A DNA stretch of 64,000 nt from a virus (lineage: Duplodnaviria; Heunggongvirae; Uroviricota; Caudoviricetes). The stretch lies in the IMG/VR virus record IMGVR_UViG_3300037466_003234; one strand, given 5' to 3'. A program made the position numbers and the translations under genes. The notes under the pieces are model-generated. The model worked only from the letters and a program-made list of their open reading frames with translations. It was not told the DNA's origin and searched no databases. Below are positions 36,696 through 45,384 of this stretch, piece after piece (positions within the stretch are counted from its first letter, which is position 1; each line of letters starts with the position of its first letter).

Positions 36696-39287
36696 TTACG
36701 CAGCTAGCTGGAATGTAAGGGGGAATACGCCTTCGGTACCCGCCAAAATAACGCCCATAGAAATATTGAGAACCCCGCCGTTTAGCTGAATTTGGAGGTT
36801 GCTCAATCCTTGGAAGCGCGGGTCATCGTTAATTAAGGCATTGATATCATTATAGATACTTTGGGCATCGACCTCAGAAGTCATCATTCCGACCCTGAGA
36901 CCTAGGCCAAATTCAGGGTGAAGGATGTACTTACCCTTCTGGGTACCAAGCTTGATTTTGATGGCCTGAATAAGGTTTGTCATCCCGGCAGAGAAACGGA
37001 AATCGCCATAAGAATTAACAGCTAAATCGCCAGTATCGGTCAAAAGCCAGTCAACCTTCGACATTCCGACCAAAGGATCGCCGGATAGGGAAGCTGGGGT
37101 TGGGATATTAGGATCTTGATTGACCTCGGCATTGCTAGGAATAAAGATCTTTTGTTGGCTATTGACGGTGCCAGGAAGATAGGCCTGAAGGTAGGCGCCA
37201 TCAGCAGTAACGAAGTTATCGAGGTTTGCCTCACCGTCCAAAGTGATGAGGTAGCTCGTATCCGAAAGCCTATCGATGCCAAGGATTCTGCGGGCAGACT
37301 GAACCTGACCTGAAGAGCACATAATAACGCGCTGTCCGATATAGAGGTTTTCGGTCGTGGAAACGGTAATATGTCTTCCGCTCGCATTGGAGAGAAGTGG
37401 CAAGGTAAAGCCGTTCTCGTCAATATAAGGATCGCGAAGATTGTTTAGAGTAACGATTTCAAGCCAACGCTGAGCGTCGCCAAGGTAACGAAGGGCGATT
37501 TCCTCAATCGTAAGGCCGAATGGAACTGGAACAAGGATCTTGCTATTTGGGATCTCAAAGTTAATTCCTGACAGATCAGCAAGGCCTGCGACGAATTCCA
37601 TACTGGTCTGGCGGTTGAGGTCGTCGATTTCAGTCGTTGCGGTCAAAATGTCGTAAGACTGGATCGCCTCATAGAGAGTCTTTAGAATGTCGTACTCATC
37701 AACCGTCATTGCTTGAATGCGAGCCGTTGGAGCAGGTCTATTGTAGATTTCGCTGTAGAAAGACGAGCCAGCGCCGAAGTTATTGGAAAGCTGGAGGGCA
37801 AGCTCCTGCATCGTCGCTCTGAACTTCTTAAGATCATCTACCGTAAGGGATCTAGCGTCCGCAATAACGTCATTTACAGCGCTTTGCTGGGCATTATTGA
37901 GCTTCATGCTGTAAACAGGCACGCTGTTCATAAGGCTGAAGTTCTTTTCTGGGTTTCCAAAGATATTAGCGGTTGGATCAATTGATTGCGCACTTGCGGC
38001 CTTTGCGCCAAGTTGTCCGCCCGACACTGCGGCGAGGCTCAAACCTTCGCTTGTAGCTGAGCTTGCGGCGATAAGGGCTAGAGCAGACTTAACGGCAGGA
38101 TCGCTTGTCGTAGTCGAAATCGAGCTAGAAATCGTGTTAATAGAATCCTTGATCGCAGATGCGTAATCGCGCTGGATCTGGAATGGAAGGTCTGCGGCGG
38201 TCACGGCAACGCCTGCCAAATCCTTCACGAGAAGCGAGGTTTGGCGTAAAACGTCGAGAGGCGTCTCAACGTCAGAGCGCACGGCGCCGATCAAGTTGAG
38301 CGCAGCTGAAGTCGTTTTACGAGCTTCCGTAATGGTATTCAAAATTCGCTGAAGGATGCCTGGGGAAATGGAATTGATGTCAGGCTTTGCAAACGAGACC
38401 TTCTGCTTTAGGTCTACGCGGCGCCAAGCCTTAAGCTGGAAGCTATAAAGAACTTCCGTAGGCTTATTCTGGCTTTGCTGCCAGTTGAACTGCATTGGCG
38501 TAACAACGAACGATTGGTTTTGCTTTGGAATGTCCAAAACAAGGCGCCAGTAGGCATTCTTTGGATCTTTCTTAGCTTCAGCATATTGCTCAAGGAATTG
38601 CTGAAGAGCCATGGCTTGATAGTAGCCAGTGCTTTGGCCAAGCATTCTGTCGTTTTCAGGCCTTGCGGTCTGAGGCTTATTGGCAGGGTGATTGGAGGTA
38701 GCCGAATTAATGACCCTAGTTGCCTGATCGACAAGGCTTCCAAAAGCTTCAATGGTTCCACCAAAAATGGACTGAAGCGGTGATGGGCTTGTTGGAGGCG
38801 TCGTAACGCTACTTCTATGAGCCCATACGCCCATGGTGCCTTGGGCATTGATGATCTTAAAGCGGACGCCTGAATGCTCTTCCACAACGCCGCGAAGGGT
38901 TGCCGAGGCATTGATGGCAAATTGGTCCGTAATCGTTAATTGTTGAGGGGTGATTGGAAGCTGGAACACCCATTGAGATCCCATTGGGGTGAACTCGATA
39001 ATGGAGTTTCCGGCGGATCTTACTGAAATATTTGGGGAAGTTCCACCATTGACGACAGAATTATCCCTGCTGTCAATAACGATGAGGCGGTATGGGAAAA
39101 GCTTATCCCAATAGTTGGGCTGGATCGTAACATATGGAAAGAACGTGGAATTTTGCTTAGACCATGGATATCCGCCGCCAGACGACGCACGTTGCTGTGC
39201 CCCAGACAAAGCGTTGATCGCGTTGTTAAATAGGCCATCAGTTGCGCTTTGGGCTGCAGAAGCTAAATTATCGAGTGGTCCAATCAT
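36696..39287 (-). CDS. Baseplate protein with LysM-like and C-terminal gp25/GPW-like domains
   Basis: TIEEIALRYLGDAQRWLEIVTLNNL (LysM-type); GDLAVNSYGDF...AIKIKLGTQKG...HPEFG...INDDPRF (gp25-like). Confidence 0.65.
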   Translation of the reverse strand: MIGPLDNLASAAQSATDGLFNNAINALSGAQQRASSGGGYPWSKQNSTFFPYVTIQPNYWDKLFPYRLIVIDSRDNSVVNGGTSPNISVRSAGNSIIEFTPMGSQWVFQLPITPQQLTITDQFAINASATLRGVVEEHSGVRFKIINAQGTMGVWAHRSSVTTPPTSPSPLQSIFGGTIEAFGSLVDQATRVINSATSNHPANKPQTARPENDRMLGQSTGYYQAMALQQFLEQYAEAKKDPKNAYWRLVLDIPKQNQSFVVTPMQFNWQQSQNKPTEVLYSFQLKAWRRVDLKQKVSFAKPDINSISPGILQRILNTITEARKTTSAALNLIGAVRSDVETPLDVLRQTSLLVKDLAGVAVTAADLPFQIQRDYASAIKDSINTISSSISTTTSDPAVKSALALIAASSATSEGLSLAAVSGGQLGAKAASAQSIDPTANIFGNPEKNFSLMNSVPVYSMKLNNAQQSAVNDVIADARSLTVDDLKKFRATMQELALQLSNNFGAGSSFYSEIYNRPAPTARIQAMTVDEYDILKTLYEAIQSYDILTATTEIDDLNRQTSMEFVAGLADLSGINFEIPNSKILVPVPFGLTIEEIALRYLGDAQRWLEIVTLNNLRDPYIDENGFTLPLLSNASGRHITVSTTENLYIGQRVIMCSSGQVQSARRILGIDRLSDTSYLITLDGEANLDNFVTADGAYLQAYLPGTVNSQQKIFIPSNAEVNQDPNIPTPASLSGDPLVGMSKVDWLLTDTGDLAVNSYGDFRFSAGMTNLIQAIKIKLGTQKGKYILHPEFGLGLRVGMMTSEVDAQSIYNDINALINDDPRFQGLSNLQIQLNGGVLNISMGVILAGTEGVFPLTFQLAA

Positions 39288-39308
39288 ATACCGTTAATTC
39301 CCTACCAT

Positions 39309-39321
39309 TAAAGATTGTGGG
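39309..39321 (-). promoter_or_regulatory. Putative late promoter motif CCCACAATCTTTA
   Basis: Identical 13-mer to 9521-9533; 21 nt upstream of ATG 39287. Confidence 0.55.
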
Positions 39322-39347
39322 GAAGACATACATGATATATCAGGCTT

Positions 39348-39893
39348 ATGAGAGCCTTATATTCGTTAATTGCAAGCATTCTGATTGTGACGGCCTGCAG
39401 CACGATCCAGCCCAAGCTTGCGCCCGAGTATGATGGTGTCGATCCTAAGCTTCAGAGCTATGTTGACGAATTTTTGGCGCTAAGTAAGCTAAATCACGTA
39501 ACTTTTAAGCATAGCGTCACAGTGGGATTTAAGCGTCTCAGCGGAAGTATTGTGGGAATGTGTACCCATGGCGGACTCTGGAATGAGATCGATATTGATC
39601 CAAGCTTTTGGAATTATTCAACAAATCTAGAAAAGACCGCACTCATCTACCATGAATTAACGCACTGTTACTGCAACCGAGGCCACGACCACGGTAAGGG
39701 CGAGGAATACGGAACCCTTGACCAAATGGTTAAAGAGGTCGATCTCTGGCATGGCGGCGAGGTTCCAGGGCGCTACCCAAAGGATTTCTGCCCTACAACC
39801 CTTATGTATCCCCGCGTTCTCGATAATGAATGTATGCAAATGCATTATAACGATTACGTGAAAGAAATGTTCGATCGCTGCAGTCCTTGGTAA
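39348..39893 (+). CDS. Lipoprotein zinc metallopeptidase (HExxH)
   Basis: Lipobox IVTAC; YHELTHCYCNRGH zinc motif; TLMYP Met-turn-like. Confidence 0.75.
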   Translation: MRALYSLIASILIVTACSTIQPKLAPEYDGVDPKLQSYVDEFLALSKLNHVTFKHSVTVGFKRLSGSIVGMCTHGGLWNEIDIDPSFWNYSTNLEKTALIYHELTHCYCNRGHDHGKGEEYGTLDQMVKEVDLWHGGEVPGRYPKDFCPTTLMYPRVLDNECMQMHYNDYVKEMFDRCSPW

Positions 39894-39899
39894 AAATTC

Positions 39900-39927
39900 T
39901 TGCCAAAATAAGGAAATAAGGCATAAT
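39900..39927 (+). promoter_or_regulatory. Sigma70-type promoter containing a perfect AAATAAGG x2 repeat
   Basis: TTGCCA-16-CATAAT-8-ATG(39936); the spacer is AAATAAGGAAATAAGG. Confidence 0.55.
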
Positions 39928-39935
39928 ATTTTTCC

Positions 39936-40370
39936 ATGGAGCTTATCGCTAGCAACTTGGAAGATAACGATTGCATGATTGTGGCGGCATATAACGCCCT
40001 GATCCTCGCCGGAAGGGAAGCTGACTACAAGACTATCCAATTTTTATGCTTAGCAAACGGCTGGTACAACCCAGAAGGCGGTTTCTCAAGCCAGTTCGTA
40101 GACGATCTTTTCGATAGGCTGAATATTGCCAAAGAGGTTCCTGAAGGGACCACGACGGCGGACATTAGAGAAAATGTGAAAGCGGGCATTCCCTACGTTA
40201 TTCTCTGCAAAGATCTCCATAAAGGCGGCGGGCACGCCATGGTCGCGGTTAAGGGCGAAAAAGGCGTGAAGATCGTTAATCCAGACCATTTCTTTAAGGG
40301 CTGGAGAACTATCTGCAAGCTTCTTAAGCGCGGACGAATCGATCTAAACGCTTACGAAATATCTTTGTAA
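39936..40370 (+). CDS. C39-like papain-fold cysteine peptidase
   Basis: NDCMIVAAYNAL (Cys), GGHAMVA (His) and IVNPD (Asp). Confidence 0.65.
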   Translation: MELIASNLEDNDCMIVAAYNALILAGREADYKTIQFLCLANGWYNPEGGFSSQFVDDLFDRLNIAKEVPEGTTTADIRENVKAGIPYVILCKDLHKGGGHAMVAVKGEKGVKIVNPDHFFKGWRTICKLLKRGRIDLNAYEISL

Positions 40371-41686
40371 AGTCTCGCCTTACTCGTAGACGTATACTTA
40401 GCAGGAACAACATCGTTGAGCGTAACAAGGGTTCCCTGAACAGACTTAACAGCGCGTTGAAGTTCTTGCTGACCTTCTGCCATAACGAACACGATGTCGC
40501 CTGGGGATAAGAAGCTTGGGTCCACGACGTTGACCATATTAGTGCCGTTACCGCCTGCCATAAGGAGTGTAGTTGGTAGAATGCTTTGGTAAGTAGCCGT
40601 GCTCTCTTGAGTGCCCTTCTTAATGGAATCTTGAGCACTTGCGGCAGACTGCATACTTGTTAGTTGAACCAGCGACCCACCGAGAGCATTAAGCCTTAGG
40701 GCTAGAAATCCGTAGCGCTTTCCATAGAGGCCACTGCTTGAGGTGAGATCCCCAGTGCTGAGATCCTGAACGACTGTGCCTAAGATCGTGTTGAGTTGGG
40801 AGAGGCGAGTTGTAACGAAGGTTGAGCGAGCTTGAAGTGCAGACTGAAGAGCGTTCAGTTGAACAGAATGAAGCTTTGTAGGAGCTACGTTACCGGTATC
40901 GAAGTCTGGGTAGGCAAGCCAGGTATTCAAGGCTGGCAAGATCGTGTTATTGATATTGTCAATCGCAGCTTGGTTAATTGCAGTGTTATTCTTGTCGGCA
41001 GGAACAGCTGCAGCTTCGGCCTGAAGTAGCGCTATAAGGCTATTGACCGCAGTGACCATGTTGGTCTTCAGAGTAACTACGGCGTCATAGGTAACCAACG
41101 TTGGAGCCCCTGGAGTCCAAATGCCCCCACCAGCAACACAGGTTGACTGAGTCGTATATGATGGGAAGCTACAGGAACCCGCAGATGTATCCATATGCTG
41201 GCCTGTTGTGTTCTCAGTGTCGGTGTTTGACTGCGCTGATGCGATGTATGACAGAAGCGAAGTGATCAGGTCTTGCTCGCTCGTAATCGTGCTAGGATAG
41301 GCCTCAGAATAGTTCTTACCTAGGGCATATCCGTTTGCGTAAGGCTTTACCTTGGTCCAGACGTTATTTGACGAGGAAAGGCTTGGAACTGATGTGGACG
41401 TATCGTTTGGAAAGAAGAAGTTTCTGAGCTTTTTATTGGCAGAATCGATAACGTCTTGCTCGGTAATTGTAGTTCTTACCTTACCGTCAAGCTTAGACAA
41501 TTCCACATGATAAGCGTCAATCAAGGAATTAACAGGGACGAATAGGTTCTTGTTGGCAGTATCCAACTTCTGAACACTTGCAATCGCAGTTTGAAGCTGT
41601 GCCTTCGCCTGATCCAGAGCTTTCATCTCCGTATCGGCGCCAACGATCTTCAAAGAAAATGCAATTCTATCGTCCTGTGCAATCAT
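40352..41686 (-). CDS. Virion-associated helical protein (444 aa)
   Basis: In the baseplate operon; contains a CSFPSYTTQSTCVAGGGIW Cys module. Confidence 0.6.
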   Translation of the reverse strand: MIAQDDRIAFSLKIVGADTEMKALDQAKAQLQTAIASVQKLDTANKNLFVPVNSLIDAYHVELSKLDGKVRTTITEQDVIDSANKKLRNFFFPNDTSTSVPSLSSSNNVWTKVKPYANGYALGKNYSEAYPSTITSEQDLITSLLSYIASAQSNTDTENTTGQHMDTSAGSCSFPSYTTQSTCVAGGGIWTPGAPTLVTYDAVVTLKTNMVTAVNSLIALLQAEAAAVPADKNNTAINQAAIDNINNTILPALNTWLAYPDFDTGNVAPTKLHSVQLNALQSALQARSTFVTTRLSQLNTILGTVVQDLSTGDLTSSSGLYGKRYGFLALRLNALGGSLVQLTSMQSAASAQDSIKKGTQESTATYQSILPTTLLMAGGNGTNMVNVVDPSFLSPGDIVFVMAEGQQELQRAVKSVQGTLVTLNDVVPAKYTSTSKARLYKDIS

Positions 41687-41958
41687 TAGTGAACTCTAAG
41701 TGGGCGAATAAACAAGGTGGGGAGAAGACGTAGTCCGTCTCTTCTTTCCTTATCGGTTCCATCGTTAATCATCTTAAGTAGGCTTACCAAAATCTTTTCG
41801 TATATTTGCTGAGCCTTATCGTTGTCGAGGGTAAAATGTCCGTCGTCACAATAAAGGTCTCCACCTAAATGTATCACGGAAGTCGTCTTTTCGGCGTCCA
41901 TAATTTCAGGGAGCGTATAACCGCGATATGGATTTTTAACGTTTTTCTTCTTTGCCAT
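41686..41958 (-). CDS. Hypothetical 90-aa protein
   Basis: TAATG coupling to the next gene. Confidence 0.6.
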   Translation of the reverse strand: MAKKKNVKNPYRGYTLPEIMDAEKTTSVIHLGGDLYCDDGHFTLDNDKAQQIYEKILVSLLKMINDGTDKERRDGLRLLPTLFIRPLRVH

Positions 41959-41959
41959 T

Positions 41960-42532
41960 TTACCCCACTAACATCTTGAGTGTCAGGATTGTTGTTAAAT
42001 CGTAAAGCGTGTGAGTTACCATCATGGTTCCGAATCCACGCCTTTCTCCTACCATAACAGAAAAAGGAATATAAGCCGATAAGAAAATAGCGGGCCAGAA
42101 ACCTTGGTACAAGTGACCGCTAGCAAATGAAAGCATTACAAAGCCCATGGCCAAGAAATGGACAGGCGCGGCGTATATAGAATCGCCAATTAACCTGCGC
42201 AAAAGAACCAATGGAAGGCCGTGACAGGCATCTTCCCAGAAAACAGTTAACGTTCCCTGCCAAGGAAGTGACGTGACGTTTTTAATTGCTTCTTGGGAAG
42301 CTGGGGAAAGGTGTGGCGCGAACTTGAGGACCAAGTAGCGATAGATCGAAATGACGATAAAGATCTTGATCCAGCGCACGATAATGCCCTTATCGACTTT
42401 CAAAAGATCTTTGTTTCCAGACGCATACGCGATCCAGATCATAAAGAGGCCTTGAAGCCAGTAAGGATACATATGCGATGCAAATTCTGAAAACGTCATA
42501 AAATCCTTATGAGGCCGTGACCTTATTTGCAA
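41960..42532 (-). CDS. CPBP (CAAX/Abi) family intramembrane metalloprotease
   Basis: Hydrophobic helices; FWEDACHG (EE-type motif), FASGHLYQG (FxxxH) and HTLYD (HxxxN/D). Confidence 0.75.
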   Translation of the reverse strand: MQIRSRPHKDFMTFSEFASHMYPYWLQGLFMIWIAYASGNKDLLKVDKGIIVRWIKIFIVISIYRYLVLKFAPHLSPASQEAIKNVTSLPWQGTLTVFWEDACHGLPLVLLRRLIGDSIYAAPVHFLAMGFVMLSFASGHLYQGFWPAIFLSAYIPFSVMVGERRGFGTMMVTHTLYDLTTILTLKMLVG

Positions 42533-43568
42533 ATCCAGAAATAACGGAGCTAATCACAGGAATACCTAGATTTCCGGTTCCCATGATCATGGCGCTGAGT
42601 AGAACGACCGGCTGGCCGCCTGCTCCGCCAAGAGCAACGTTTCCGTCCAAAGTAATGTTTGAGGCCTTAATCTGAGCCATGCTTTCGGCTTCGACCTGGA
42701 ATTGGCTACCTTTGACCTTAATTTCAGACTGAGCGTTAATTGCGAGCTTCTGACACTCAAGACCTGCCGATCCGCTAGCCTTGGCTATGAGATCGGCGCA
42801 CTGGAGGTTAAAGTTCTTAGTAGCCGTGATCGCAACGCTCTCAGTCGCAGTCACATTGAAGTTCTTTTTGGTGGTATTTGAGATGTCGTCGTCTGCGGAA
42901 AGGCTTGCTTTACCGTTCTTATCGAGGCGCTGCTTGATCGTTTTGTGATCAACCTGATAGGAGCCATCCTTTTCGATCTTGATCGTCGTAGGAGTCATCT
43001 TATCGTCAATGGCCTTGCCAGAATTGTCCGTCGGACCCTTGAACGTGAGAGTGGTGCTGCCGTCAGTCTCCACCTTGATGTTAACGCCGTTATATTCGCC
43101 CTCAAGCCTTGGACCATCATCTTTAAGGGTAGTCTTACGGTCTGGATGCGTTAATTGACCAACAATAATTCCCTTCTCAGAAACGCCGTCCATACACAAA
43201 ATGAGAACGATCGCGCCATCTTGACCCTTAAGGCTTTCCGCCTCGCCCTTACGAGTCTTTTTCTTTTTGGTGCGAAGGGTTTTCTCAAAGAAGTCGGCAA
43301 TCGATCCAAGACCTTCTGCTGATAGGCAATTGCGGTATAGAATCGTAGTTGCGCTCTTATCTTCTTGCTGCTCAACAACGATAACGTCGTATTCAGGAGC
43401 AAGGTTTGATCTATTCTTAGGATCGTTAACAGGGTAGGAAGCAACGACAACACCTACGCGCATAGCGTAGTTCTTATAGGACTTATTAAAGCCCTCCATC
43501 GCAGCCATCGTGTCGTGACCTAAAAGGCCAGATGGCAACACTCCGCCGTTATCAAGTAGGTTAGACAT
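42507..43568 (-). CDS. Baseplate central spike (gp5/gpV/VgrG-like)
   Basis: N-terminal OB-fold (RVGVVV..PVND..YDV.V); C-terminal beta-repeat; directly after the hub gene. Confidence 0.7.
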   Translation of the reverse strand: MSNLLDNGGVLPSGLLGHDTMAAMEGFNKSYKNYAMRVGVVVASYPVNDPKNRSNLAPEYDVIVVEQQEDKSATTILYRNCLSAEGLGSIADFFEKTLRTKKKKTRKGEAESLKGQDGAIVLILCMDGVSEKGIIVGQLTHPDRKTTLKDDGPRLEGEYNGVNIKVETDGSTTLTFKGPTDNSGKAIDDKMTPTTIKIEKDGSYQVDHKTIKQRLDKNGKASLSADDDISNTTKKNFNVTATESVAITATKNFNLQCADLIAKASGSAGLECQKLAINAQSEIKVKGSQFQVEAESMAQIKASNITLDGNVALGGAGGQPVVLLSAMIMGTGNLGIPVISSVISGFANKVTAS

Positions 43569-45382
43569 TACTTAACCTTCTTTCCGCCCGGCTGAGGGAA
43601 TGGATTGTTATCGCTGAAAGGTCCGTCTGGATTTTCTGGTCTATAAACCGTATCTTGCGACTCAGAGACACCCGGAAGGATCTTATTGTTCTTAGCGTCG
43701 TCTTTTCTAGTAGAATCGCCGTTGGTGAACGCCATGTCAGGATAACGAACGCCGTTAACTCCGCTTGTGACGGAGAGGCCGTTGGTTAAATGTAGAGTCG
43801 TTCTGAACATTTTCATGGATCTCTCAACGCTGATACTGCAGCTATGGCTCACTTGCTCGACATGATAAACCACGCCGTCAAATTCCACATTGTCTCCGAC
43901 CGCGATCGGATCGACAATTCCTGCACATGTCAAGGTGCCGTTAGGCCTTAGATGCTGACCAATAACCGCGTCACCAAGGATCTTGGCCCATTCAGGGCTT
44001 CTATATTCCTTATGATTATCGCTAGGTTCGTCAAATGCACTGGTAACAACGTAAGGTCTTAATCCGCTCCTCTTAACATCTTCAATATCATAGACGTAAT
44101 TGGTCTTAGCGATCTCCAGAGCTTGGGAGGCACCGTTAATTCCGACCGAGGTTTGACCGAAATACTGAACGAAGTTAATTCTTGCAGCCTCTTCGGTACC
44201 AAAGTCTTCGTCGAAGACAAGGGCTGGACTGATCTTCCAACGAGGAAGGTTCATGAACTTTGTAACTGAAGCCGAGCCAGTGAAATCGTCATTTGTGAAT
44301 GGGATCTGTCTAAAGACAACCGTAGGCATGACGCGGCCAGACTTTGAGACCCTAAAGCAGGTGTAAAGCTCGTTAAGTGGAGCATTTGTGTATTGGTTTA
44401 GAATTGACCAAGTCTTAACGCTATTCCAGTATTCAGCCTTAAGCCAAGAGTCGCCTGCGCACTCAATTGGCGTATACCAAAAGCGAGGGAACTTCTCGTA
44501 AATGCCCTGAGGGTTCATTCCATCGGCCAAGGATTGCGCCGAGCCTGAAGCGTATTGCTGGAGCCCGAATAGATAGTTGTAAACGTCCTTGGCGGCCTTA
44601 GCGCCTTTAACGCCAAGAAGATCGCCCACAAGCTGCGGAATGAAGAAATGGGTATTTCCGGTTCTAACGATACCGTTCTTATCAACTCTTCCTTCTTCAG
44701 AGATGCCGTTACCGATGAAGCTCTGAATTAACACGGCGATTAGGGTCTGTACGTTCGTATAACCCTTCTCATTGACCAAGTTTGCCCAATCCTTACCGAT
44801 GAAGCTTGCGAATAGAAGCTCGTTCTTTCTGTCTTGGTTTGGATCTACCAAGTAAGGATTGAAATAAATCGTGTTATTGAATTCAGTAAAGGCAAAGCCT
44901 GTAATCCTGAACATGACCGTCTTTGTGCCGCTGCTAGGATCTGATACGACCACTCTGCGGCAGCTTTGAACCTTGAATACGCCCTTGAAGCCGTCTTTGA
45001 CGCCGTTGATTGGCTTTTTAGCTCTAGCGTTGTTTGCAACGCGGCGAGCGTCGGTAGGCCAGTTTAGCATATTGACGATCATAAAATCGCCAGGGGCAAC
45101 TTGCGTCTTATAATTAACGTCAGTGAAAAGGAGCGTTGCTGATACGGAAGGAGTTAACGCTGACTTTGCGGAAGTTGTTGTAACTTGGATACAATCGTTT
45201 TCCACGACAAGAGGATCTCTAACGTCAGAGCTTGGAGTGACAGTGTTTCTGAACGTATCGCGGTTTTCCCAACGAACGAACGTAAGAACCCAAGAAGGGC
45301 TTGATTGATGAACCAAGTCCTCTTCCCCTTGGCCAGAGCCAAATGGGCCTACCGGATATGTGTAAGCTCTTTTGTCTGACAT
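43568..45382 (-). CDS. Baseplate hub (gp27/gpD-like)
   Basis: Position after the tape measure gene; GTLTCAG..IAVGDNVEF..YHVEQVSH is typical of hub C-termini. Confidence 0.7.
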   Translation of the reverse strand: MSDKRAYTYPVGPFGSGQGEEDLVHQSSPSWVLTFVRWENRDTFRNTVTPSSDVRDPLVVENDCIQVTTTSAKSALTPSVSATLLFTDVNYKTQVAPGDFMIVNMLNWPTDARRVANNARAKKPINGVKDGFKGVFKVQSCRRVVVSDPSSGTKTVMFRITGFAFTEFNNTIYFNPYLVDPNQDRKNELLFASFIGKDWANLVNEKGYTNVQTLIAVLIQSFIGNGISEEGRVDKNGIVRTGNTHFFIPQLVGDLLGVKGAKAAKDVYNYLFGLQQYASGSAQSLADGMNPQGIYEKFPRFWYTPIECAGDSWLKAEYWNSVKTWSILNQYTNAPLNELYTCFRVSKSGRVMPTVVFRQIPFTNDDFTGSASVTKFMNLPRWKISPALVFDEDFGTEEAARINFVQYFGQTSVGINGASQALEIAKTNYVYDIEDVKRSGLRPYVVTSAFDEPSDNHKEYRSPEWAKILGDAVIGQHLRPNGTLTCAGIVDPIAVGDNVEFDGVVYHVEQVSHSCSISVERSMKMFRTTLHLTNGLSVTSGVNGVRYPDMAFTNGDSTRKDDAKNNKILPGVSESQDTVYRPENPDGPFSDNNPFPQPGGKKVK

Positions 45383-45384
45383 AA

